Shown here: positions 25,528 to 37,521 of the stretch, in pieces
Position numbering within the stretch: the stretch's first letter is position 1
Layout of the letters: every line of letters begins with the position of its first letter
Assembly (NCBI GenBank): GCA_051362555.1
Contig: CM120641.1
Span: 22,692,001 to 22,756,000, forward strand
DNA length: 64,000 nt
Direction of reading: 5' to 3'
From: Lingula anatina
Taxonomy: Eukaryota > Animalia > Brachiopoda
Position numbers and translations under genes: made by a program
The notes under the pieces: generated by a model
Told to the model about the DNA's origin: nothing
The model's database searches: none
What the model saw: only the letters and a program-made list of their open reading frames with translations

Positions 25528-28500
25528 ATGGCGGCCGCTAGCGACAAGTACTCTGTGCTACCTACTTATGTGCAGCTTGTCACCGATGTATATGCGGCAA
25601 CAAAAGAAAATCAGAGACAGTGGGGAAACGTTCCAATTTATCTATGGCCTTCAGGGTTTTTGGAATGTTTGACCAAGGGCGCCTACATCAAGACCATCGA
25701 CGTTGCCCTCGTGATAGCTCTTGCTGTATTTTGGACTTTGCTGCGGTATCTCTGTGCTGGGATCGTTTTCATTGTGAGTAATGCAGTAGCCGATCAACCG
25801 ATACGATCTTCATTAATTATTTACTGTCCCATGAGGCATTAACATCACTATCTGAAAGAAAACAACGTTATACACGTTATTGTTCATGAAAAAATTTTCT
25901 GTTTACATTTACAACTTCAGTTTGTCGTTCGCTCGGGGGTGGGGGGGCAATCTCATTTATCTATCATTAGTTTCCAAGTTTTAACTATGGCTGCATCCAA
26001 AAACAGATGATCCTGGGAATAACTAGTCCCCTGTTCAAATATGGCCGACCCTACTTGAAAACAATGGCAATTAATCCCCTTATGATCTCTCTGCCTACCT
26101 TTAGCCATCCCCTACAGGGGCCTAGCAATTAAAGTTAAATTAGAATGGCTCCAAGATTTAATTGCTAGGCCCATATTTAAACTGCAGACTAGTTAGTCAG
26201 TGGATCATCAGTTGTGTATGTGGCCTATTGCACATGATATGAACACCAAGAATTAATAACATGCAATCCTATGGAGAATATTGAGTTGGTATTCTGCCAG
26301 TTTTTCATGGCACAGTCAACCTCATGCAACTCATTCAATTACCAAAGAAAGAATCCTTTATGTAATATACCACAACATATCTGCTGAATCAAGACTGGGT
26401 TCCCATACTTAGATCAATCCATCTGGATCGACCTAACTCCCTGGGGGTTCATGCTCAATTGCTGTCAACTCAAGAAGCTTAAATATCTGTCACGCCTACC
26501 AAATCAACTAGGGGTAAAGATAATTACCCCTGAGTTTGATAGCAATTTAGTGAGACTCCCCAGGGAGATAGATCCATCCAAATATCTGTGGGAATGGTCC
26601 CTTATTTTAATGACATTTGAAAGGATGAAATTAATACATAGTCAAAAGCACTTGTTTTTTCCCCACTGCCCTGAGTATCTCAGTAAAGTCCCATTACACT
26701 GGACAGCGTCCATTCTGCTTCCCGTAGGACGGCCCCATTTGAGAGTAAAAATAAAATACTTTACATGCCTACGACTGGCCGATCATTGAGCATTCATTCT
26801 GCAACCAAAGGGATGCTTGTGCCTCCTTTCTACGACCACAGCGATGCCAGTTTCATGGTCGCACAAAGGATGCAGAAAGGATGCCACCCAGTGTAAAGGG
26901 GGTTTAAACAATCAAAATGAGATGTAAACTAAAATTTTGGACTGTAGTTCATGACCCCTATGATAAAACAAACTTATTAGAAGTGATGAAAAACTATAAA
27001 TAAAGATTTGTCACTGACTATATAACAGAAACAATTGCTATGCTGCAGGATTCTGGGACAATCCTGCTGATCACCCCCACCCCACAGACACTTTCCTCCG
27101 AGACAATTCTTTAATAAATTGATAATTTTTCTCCATTAAAAAGATTGAGTCATAAGACTTGCCCTCCAAGAAATTGATGCCTTCAAGAAATCAACAATAA
27201 CCGGAAGTACGTTTTTTTTTCACGGTTTTTCCCTGCATGCTTTTTGCAAAAAATCTGGGTTGTCAAGTAAAATAAAGTGTCCGATACAAAGTAAAAATGT
27301 GGCATTTACATGCTTGATTACAATGTCTTCGATGCGTGAAGTACACTTTGTTCACACTGAGAGTTCAAGGTTAGAAATACATGATTTAAGCTCTCTTATT
27401 ACGCAGTTTAAGTTTTGATTATTGAATTTTGTATAATATCTACATGGTTATTTTCTCAATATATGCATAAGCTAGGAGGTCTTTCTCATATGAAAATCTT
27501 TGGACAGCTTCCCAAATACAATTGAGTGATGTTATGATGAACGGTTTTCCTCCAGATCGTGAAGGCCTAAGCATCATGGTGTGCTCAAAATTTTAAGCGT
27601 TCTACTTCAAAATCTACGCAACAGCTAGAATTATATTTGGTACACCAATTCTTTGATATTGCACTTAGGCCACACTTTTTTATTTTTATGGATGACATCC
27701 TGCGCGTGCACCGATTTTCGTCCGTTCTCCAAAAAAAAAAAAAAAGTTACACGATCGACGAAAATAGTGACAGCATTGGTTTTAATACACCATAGATGAG
27801 AAATGTTTGACAACTGAATTGACGAAAGTAGATGTTGAATTTATGACAGGATCGTTCAAACTTGAAACTGAATCGATGGGAAGGCAGTGAATCGACGAAA
27901 CATAACTGAATCGACGACATGAATTTTTGCCCTTTTGGCCGCCCATACCCCAGAGGATGTCATCCATAAATATAAAAAAGTGTGGCCTTATGTGCAAAAT
28001 TTGAGAGCTTGTGATCTGATAGTTTATTAACATTTAACGAAAGGGGGTAAATTTCTCAGTTAAGATTACTTAATATTCACAGATGTATCAACAGCTTGGT
28101 TGATATGAAATGTACCCATTCAGAATATCCATGGCATATGTACGTACAACTAGGCCGAAATCCATGTTATAACAGTAAAATCATAAAATAACTATTTATG
28201 TCACATGTACGTGCTAACCAGTGTATGCATATCTGAAACTGTTACTGTCAGAATTCAAATGTGATATCAGGACTTTAGGGAGTAATAAAAATTGAGGCTT
28301 TTTATTTAGATTTTTTTCAGAGAGATGAAAACTCCTAGCACACTTGGTGTTTATTGGGTTGTCAGAATGGAAGTTTAAGCACTGTAGGCAACTGATTGTG
28401 ATCTCTCTAAAATGTGTTTTTGTCAAACTAAACAGGGGCTGATATGGAACCCTGCAGATTTGTTTTGAAGGAGGGCATATTTACCTTGTTTGGAATTTCT

Positions 28501-31500
28501 CACAGTTTATTGATGCCACTGGTACCAATGAAGTAGCCAGATTCCCCAAGGTTTTCCTCTCCACTTTTCAACCTATGGCTACTGGCCTGTGCAATGTCTA
28601 GACTAACCCTGTATTTTAACGTTCAGGCATTGGCAACTGTAAAATATACATACAAAATATCATGTAATTGTTAATCTTGCTTGGAAGAGATCAAACGAAG
28701 GAGCTACACCCCATATTCAGACAAGCATTTAAAAAAATGTATAGATTTTTAAGCAACTGCTCTATGTTATGATAATGTCCCCATAGTCATATTTTAGTGT
28801 CTAAATATCCAGCAAAACTACTTATCTCTCCCAGTTGGGCCTTAGAAATGATATGGGAGAGCCTGATGTAGTTATTTTCTTTAGAAATGCCAGGAAGACA
28901 TGATAGTCTAAATGAACTGTGACTCATTTAAACTTAATTATATATAAGGCCACACTTTTTTAATTTTATGGATGACATCCTGCGCGCGCACCGATTTTCG
29001 TCCGTTCTCCAAAAAAAAAAAAAAAAAAATCCCCCCCCCCCCCCCCCCCAAGGAAGTCGGTTGTCGCAAACGTCGTTATTGAATTTGCCGGAAAATGCAA
29101 TCGGCAATCCTCGGCTAATTCCGCAAGCTCCATGCTGTCATTGTCGACTGTGGAGACATCCGAGTAGTTCCGAGTGCGGAAAATGAGCTTTCTGCGCATG
29201 CGTATTATCACCACGTGGAAATATGGCCGCTTTGCCGTCAAATTCATCTCTAGCATTACTTTCAAAATACATGACAATTAAAGTCATAAAGAGAACGGGG
29301 GCCGTCGTTTTGGATTGGTTTGCCATTGATATTGGACATGGAGATATCACCTTTTTACAATTATACGAAAGGCTGGCCGCGGCCAGCAATCATCGCCCGG
29401 AAAATTTCAGTGACATTCTGTCCAAAGCAGCACATAGGCTTACCAGGGTTTTTTTTTGTAGCGAAAAAAGGGTCGACAAGAGCGTCTTGGTATTTGGTGG
29501 ACTGAAGGTCGGACAGGCCACCCAATAGTTGGCTGCTACGTGTGAGTCGAAGTAGACAAAATGGCATCGACCGAAATTACCTTTTTTAGATTTGGTAGTA
29601 GGAAGCATAGGCCTATCTTTGCTTCATTTTTTAACAATTCTGTGAAGTGTTCACAATGCTTAAATTTTCTGAGAGTACAAATAAAGACACACTGTTTATT
29701 TGATATTTGTTTTATTGATTGCTATACCAACAGAATGCATGAAATAACCTTAAATAGATTTGGTAATATGCAGCATATATATATTCATGACTTTTTACCT
29801 TTCTACGAAGTAGGCCCTATTCACAATGCTTTAATATTTTGAGAGCATGGATAAAGACATGTTGTTAGTTTGATACATGTTTCTGTGGCAAATTAGTGTT
29901 TCCAGCTGTGTACTGAAAACATTTTTTTTTTTTTTTTTTTGGACTGTTTTTTTTTTTTTCGCCCGCTCGCACCGATTTTGGGGTCCCCAGAGGATGTCAT
30001 CCATAAAAATAAAAAAGTGTGGCCTAATTAGAAATAGTACAAAAACATCAAATTCAAAAGCAGGGATGGGCAGAGCAATAAAGTAAAGTTTTTTTTTTTT
30101 TGAGAAAAATTTATTTGGCACAAAAGTCATCTCTAGGCTACCTTACATGGAATTTTGACATTTGCTGTCCCTTGTGGAGTTAATTTTGAAAAAAAGGCAG
30201 GAAATTTTTCAAAAGACATTGCAAAGAACGAAATAAAGTGATTCATACATGTATGATAACAAGACTAAATTAACAAGACTAAATGAAAATGAAATATACC
30301 ACTTGCCCTTTTTTGTTGTGTAGGTGCAATACGCACTATATTGTAGCTTTGATGTCGTGTATTCAAGCTCTGTCACTTTTGACATTGATTTTTTAATGCG
30401 ATGCAGCATTGTATCACTTTACAATCCTCCGCCTTACTCTGGAGGTGCTGGTCCATTAGATTGAAGTATGATTTATGCTTTTTTTCAAGGCCTGCTCTCA
30501 AATCAATTTTTGCTGTTATTAATAAGCTTCTCTAAAAAGTTTGCCATAAATTCAGTATACCAGTATTGTTGTAGTTTGAATAGATAGAGCATTGTAATAT
30601 AATTCAAAATATTTGATACACCATCCCTCAATTTGGAAATCAGATATCTATTATGTATTTACTTCGTTTGATTTTTTGCCTCTTTGCTGTAGGTCTTGCT
30701 ACAATAAAAAAGGAAGTATCACCAGTCAATTAAAGTATTGTCACGGTGCACAAACTAAGAATACAGATTTTTTCATGAATCTATTACTTTAAGAATAATA
30801 TTTGTGTGTTCCAATTACATTTTTGTAGATGGATAATGCAATGTATATGTAGCTCTATTTACTATTTTATTTTTCAAGGAATGCCTTTCACCATGGTTAT
30901 AAATAATAGAAAACTCAGCTATCTAAGCAGTGCATTAATATTTATATAAAAAAGTTAAAAGTACGTTAATTTTCTTGGTTTTCAAATATATTGCCATCAT
31001 TCATTTACCATGGCGACGTCTAATAAATGAAAAATAACCATGCACATTGGGATAAGAATTGGCAGTCATTTCATAATTGCAAAATAGGGACAAGAGCACC
31101 TTGGTATCTCCAGTTTAACTACATGAGACAAGGCTCAATTTCAGCAATCTGGATATTGTGGTAAGCATGTAATTATTATGATGAGGCTATGGGCAGGGGA
31201 TTGTGTATGTTGATTTTTTTTTTTTTTGGGGGGGGGGGGAGGTCATGCCACTCAAGAAATTTGAAAGATTTCTTGTGCCACTTGTCCTCCCTCAGTCCAA
31301 TCATTTAAAGATGGTTTAACGAAAATATACCTTTCTGTGCTTATTGTAGCATTGTTACTTTTAGCTATGCAGAACAAAATCTTATACTTGTCTGAAAGAA
31401 AAGTATTTTTGATGTGTTTAAAAGTTTAGATTTAGCAAAAATAATTCCAACCATTTGGCTGATGATAATATTATTCTGGAGGTAATCTAGTCTTTATCTT

Positions 31501-34500
31501 ATCTGTACCCCTGTCCTGATGTGTGTACAATCTGTAATGAAGGACTATTTTTTTTTCATATGAATGTCCTGGGTACTGGATGTGAAAAGATTATGTGAGC
31601 TACATGTAGGGGACTGTCTGTGTGGCTTTGATTCTGCACCCCCAGTAATGTGAAAAGGAAAAATAACTTGTCAAGCAGTATTGATTAATTTGATATAAAA
31701 TATGTTAAAATATGTTAGAATATCAGATTGAGTTTCAATTATCTCATCGTGTGGTGCATTTCAACAATATGGATTTATAATGTAGAATTTCTTGTGGAAA
31801 ACATGTATTTAATCACCTTGTATCTATAGTTATTTTCACTTTAAGGCTCCCTGTTTCCCATAATTCATTTATATTATTTGCAAGCATTAGCGTCAACCAC
31901 CCATTTACAATGCAAAAAGATTTTAATGGATATGCCTAGAGCGTTGTGGGTATCAAGTTTGCATGGTGGTTGATGTGCAGTAAAGTGTGTTGTTTAACAG
32001 CCTGATGACGCTTTAAAAAATTCAAGATGATTTTCAATTTGGATCTTGCCACAAACATTTGAACAAGAAAAAAGCATTTTTAGAAAAATACAAAAAACCC
32101 TTCCTGTTAGCTTGATAATAACTATTTAATTTAAAGCATTAATATTTTTCCATTTTGGTATCAACTACAGACCTGTGCTGATGCTCCACAAATCTAATTA
32201 TGTTTGAAGATGTGGGGTAGCTCCCATATTTAAATATGTCTTTGAGATGGGAAATCTGTATATATGAGAAAAAAACTATGAGATATAGATATGGCTGTGT
32301 GGAATATTGGTATGTTGTGCTAAATATTGTTAGATGTGTGGGAACAGTGTACCAAGGCAATTAGCTGGGAAAATGTCATTCAGAGGAAAAGGATGAAATA
32401 TAGATCTTTTGTCACAATCTTAGAAGAAAAAAATTATGACTAAAAAAAAGGTCATGGCATCGCCTGGCTCCATCAGTCTCAGTGTGGTACAAGTGGCATT
32501 GTGTCACTGGTCCAGAGTACTCAGAGAGGCCCCCCCCCCCCCCCCCTTTATTGCTGCGGCTGTTGTACTCGATGGAAATAATTTAAGTATGGAAGTGTGT
32601 AGCTACCTTTATCTTGAGCTTTTTTCTAAGTTGGTCACAAACAAGCTTTCAATCTCTATTATCCACCAAACTGATAAATCTTTTTTAAAATGAAATGGTG
32701 AGAAATGGTGATTTTTCATTTAAAAATGTAGTCTGTGTCTGCATTGGTCAGTTACATCTGTTGGGCATAGTAATGCTGTCTGTAAGGTTGTCCTTAATTC
32801 TCCAGTTGTCTTAATGTCTATAGCATTTAACTGTTTATGTTTGATCTCGCTTATTGTGTAGTGTAGCTTAATATCTTTTCTATGTAGGTGACAAAGTACA
32901 ACTTTGACCCATTTTAAGAAAAGCAATTTATATTGCAGACACTTGATAGCAAAGGTGTGGCAGTAACTTAAGTTATGAAAACCGGTTTTATTGAACCTTT
33001 CATTTTGTCCATCTCTGAAGATTGTTTGAGTTTCTTAGAATGTGCAATAGTTACAATATCTCAAGTTTATTAGATTGATAAAATTCAGTATTTGTTTTAT
33101 TTTTTCATCTTCTTTTTCCTTGCATAATTAATGTCAGCTTTTAGATCTACTCACCTTTAACTCAGACATGTCATTGAACTCCAAGATAACACCCTTGTTT
33201 AATAGATCTTTGCACCTGTATCACCCTGCAGTAGAAAACAACGGCATTCCTGTGCAAAATTCACCTTCCATTAGCTGTCTACATCATAAAACTTAACCTG
33301 TATTTTTTGCTTTTTTGATCAGAATGTTGCCAAATAAAAGCATGACTCCCAAGGCCAACACATTATGGAACCTTAATGGTGTTTTTTAATGTGCTGTTAG
33401 TCGGAGTATGATGAATTATTGGAGAACTTGGGCAGTCCAAGTCCGTGGTTCTTTCCCTCAGCTCTATGTAAATTCAGCTGATGTAGTCTGAAATCTGATC
33501 ACTAATTATCATCCTGTGGTATTGGATGTAGATTCCAGGGCAGACTTGAGTATTTGCAATATACTGTACACTTCCTCCAGTGCCTCTCCCTTTGTGGATC
33601 TCATTGGGAAGAATGCATATGGGCACATCTGCAAGAGACATCACTCTCCGTGATGATAGCATGCAGCAACTTGGTTAACAGGTCACTGGTATATGAGATT
33701 CACTCACATTGTTGTTTGCGCTCAGTGACTCACGTTGTTATCAGCCTGGGCGCCTGGGTAACCAGGCAGACAGCTGGACCTTCCTCTCTAATCTGTAGAC
33801 TCATAGATTTAGGTTGAAGGTCAAGGGTAAGCCTCCAGCATGTTAATACCGAGATCAGCTATTTAGTTAGGTCAGGCTGCGGGTGGAGATTAGTGCGACT
33901 GCTCACTCACTCAATAATGGAGGAAGACCAATACAGTTATATGCCCAGTTACTGGGAGATTATAAGAGGTGTTTATGATGGCTATGTTGAGACACAGAGA
34001 CAGTGGGGTAACCCACCTCTTTCCACAGCCCCTGGGGTGTTTTGGAGGTGCCTTTTAAAGTTTGGTGCCTTTGATCCTGTGGATATCCTTTATATAGTGG
34101 TCCTTGCTGTGATGTGGACCATGATACGCTACCTTCTGACTTGGACTGTCCTTACGGTAGGTTTGAGATGGTGTTAGCAAAGACGTATTTGTAGTGAAAT
34201 TAAGTAACTGTAGTCATACCACCACTTAAAGGGAGTGTCACATGATGTAGTGAATGTATTTCAGTGTTATAAATATCCTGGTGATTAACTGCTGAATGAC
34301 ATGTGCTAGATGTATTTATATGACACACTGCTCTGCGATTGACCGACTGTTGTATGAAATGCTATCAGCACTAAAGGCTATTGACAATATGAATATATAT
34401 TTTAAGAGAGAGAGGTGGGGCATTTTATTGCAAGGGCCTTTCCCTTTTCCCCTTTTCAACTGATTTCCTCATCCATAGGTGTTTTATTGCTCTCAGTTTG

Positions 34501-37434
34501 GTAGAATGAGTTTTGAAGAGATTCAGCTCTTTATTTTCAATGGCCTTTTGTGGTAGGATGAAACAATATAAAAAAATTGCCAAACAGAACGTACAATATG
34601 TTATGTAGAGAAAAACACATGCAGTGGCCTGTATCCATATAATGATTTATCTGTCTACTACATTATACCAGTAGAAGCTGCAGCTCATGTGTAAGGGTTT
34701 TTACACATCTGGGAATATAACAGGTTCTATATAGGTATTATACATTCCTTGTACTGTTGCAATGATGAATCCATGCTAATGAATGGAGGTGTTTGTGGTG
34801 TTATTTATCATACAAACCAGCCATTGCTTCATATCAAGAGTGAAGCCCATAGATTGTCAGAATCTCAGGCAAATGGTTTATCTTGTAATGTGTTCATATT
34901 TATATGATACAATATGTATAAGTTAATGAGGGTAGGGAATACCTTTTGGGTTCCACATGATTGGCCTTATATTTCGAGCGTGATGCATTATTTGAGCCCA
35001 ATATTCTGCGTGAAACGTGATTCAGGAATTCTGGGTGATTGGTGATTGGCCTGAATATATCTTGGTGATTGGTGATTGAGCTGTTTTAATTTTTGTGATT
35101 GGTGATTAAAGGGGGTATTCCCTACCCTCTGTAACAGGTAGTTCGAGTAATGCCTGGAATCATGTACTTTTAAATATTTCATCTTATGTTATCTAAAATC
35201 ATCAATATCTAAAATTGAGCAGTTGAAGAGCAGCAGATCCTGATGGATTGGGAAACTTAATAATATGAGTGGCAGAACAAGCTATGACAACAGGCAAGAA
35301 TATCAATATATCAATATGTTGAGCTGTTGGGTATAAGCTGTGAGTGTTTTATGAAACAATGGATAACAGAGGATTTTACTGACTCACCATTGGATGGCCA
35401 TAGATTGCTCATATGCTGGAAAGCAGTCTTGTGATTTCAATATATCCCTGTGGGAACTAGAACATACTAAGAGCCATTCTTTGTTTCTAGCTATATATCT
35501 CCACTCTGCATTTACAAAGTGGGCCAAAGAGAATTTCAGTGCAAACCACATCTCAGTGTCCATGCTTACAAAAGGATGCAGGGCTCGACATATACTTTCA
35601 TCAATCAGTTGCTATTGAACGCAGCAAGGCCCAGTGGTTTGGCTGCTGTTCCAGGCATAAAATAAAACTCCAAATAAAAGGTTATGACAGTTTCACTGAA
35701 TTTTTTTATTCAAAGAGAGTACAGAAAATGTAATATGTGTAAATATTTTATTGTTATCTTATAACCACACAACCCTTAGGTTACCTGGGCTTGAATAGGC
35801 TCTTTGCTGACTAGAAAGTCATAAAGCACATAGTAAATATATACACTACTTCTGCTTCATAAAAGCCTTTGTTGACTGTTAGTTTAACTTTCTGATTTAT
35901 AAAGCACGAGTTGGGCACACGTATGGGGATGGGCGGGTGGGTGACTAGCTGCATGTAGCCCAGGGCTCCCTAACTACCACACATGATTGTGGGCATTATT
36001 GCCATTTCCACGTGATTTTGACAGATTTACTGCATTTCCCCCCCTCCAGTGTTACATTTTTCCTCAAAACCCACCAGTAAATCCAACAGCACTGTCAATA
36101 TAAATTGTGTTTCTTCACAGTCATACATTTTATCCGACTTCAAATCTGATGAATAGACACCCCGTCTCATCAGTAGTAAAGTGGGGAAAACTGTAAGCAT
36201 ACTTGGAAGTTTCAACCAAATTGATCGATCTCTATTGTTCTAATTGCACAGAAGGAATTTTACTGAAATATTGAAATAAGTTATTCATGCAGTGAATTTG
36301 GTTAGCATTGTAAACTGTCACACCCCATGTGTGTTAGTTCAACATATAAAAATAACCATTTTCAATTTGCACAGTAAAGGTGACTGAAGATCAAAGGTTC
36401 AGAACAACCTAGTTCCTCTCCTCCTTTCTGCATGACAAACCCATGCATGAATATCTCAAAGTACACATTTGTGAATACAAGTGTAAACTTCATGATTTAT
36501 TAGAGCAAGGCAAAAGTCAACAACCAGATTATATGTAGTAATGTTCAATGAATACCATAACATTTGTAATGTATCTGAACTTCATTTCAGCCATTTGCAA
36601 GATGGGTTCAGATGACATCTCTGAACCAGAAGAAGTTCCCAGAGAGTGCCTGGAAGGCTCTGTTCTACTCCTGTACCTGGTTGTATAGCTGCTATGTTCT
36701 TCTGTGGTGTGGAGAGTTTGACTATTTCCAAAGGCCACTTGCAATATGGCAAGGTAAAGTGAAAAGCAGGATATAAAGACTAGGAAGTTGATATGGACCC
36801 TTTACTTTGAAACAGGATGTAAAATATGACAAGTAATAAACAAGAAGGGTGCTTATAGGGAGCATTCCCATAAACCCATCACACTAGCTTGATCAGTCAA
36901 ACTCTGTGGGGATTCTTGCTAAATTGCTTTAAGTGTAAGTGGCTTAAATGTCTGGCACACCTAATGAAGTTGCTAAGGGGTAAATAACAATAGTCACTCG
37001 TAACTCAAGGAGGCATGCCAGACAATTGAGCTGATTACACTGAAAGCACTTTAGCAGGAACCCCACAGAGTTAGATCATTCCAGCTATGTACATTGGGTT
37101 TATGTGAACACACTTAGACCTCTGCCAAGTCTGCTCACATCTCATTATTGATTTAAATAACTGAATGGATAACCACCAAAATCTTACAGTTTCTTACTGA
37201 GCCCATTTCTTACCTATTCTGAAATTTTTGTCAGTATCTGCTTATATGTTTTTGACTTATATTGTTAATTAAAAACAAACAAATGGAAAATCAACCTCTT
37301 TGGCAGAGGTAACATAATCATTTAGTGCTGCCTGTTGAAATGGTGTTGTATGTTTCATCCCAAATCTGAAAATCAGAAAAAAGTCTGGAAAGTAGATTGC
37401 CACAACCAAGATGGATTTCTTTCCACCAAGATTC

Positions 37435-37521
<87 letters not shown>

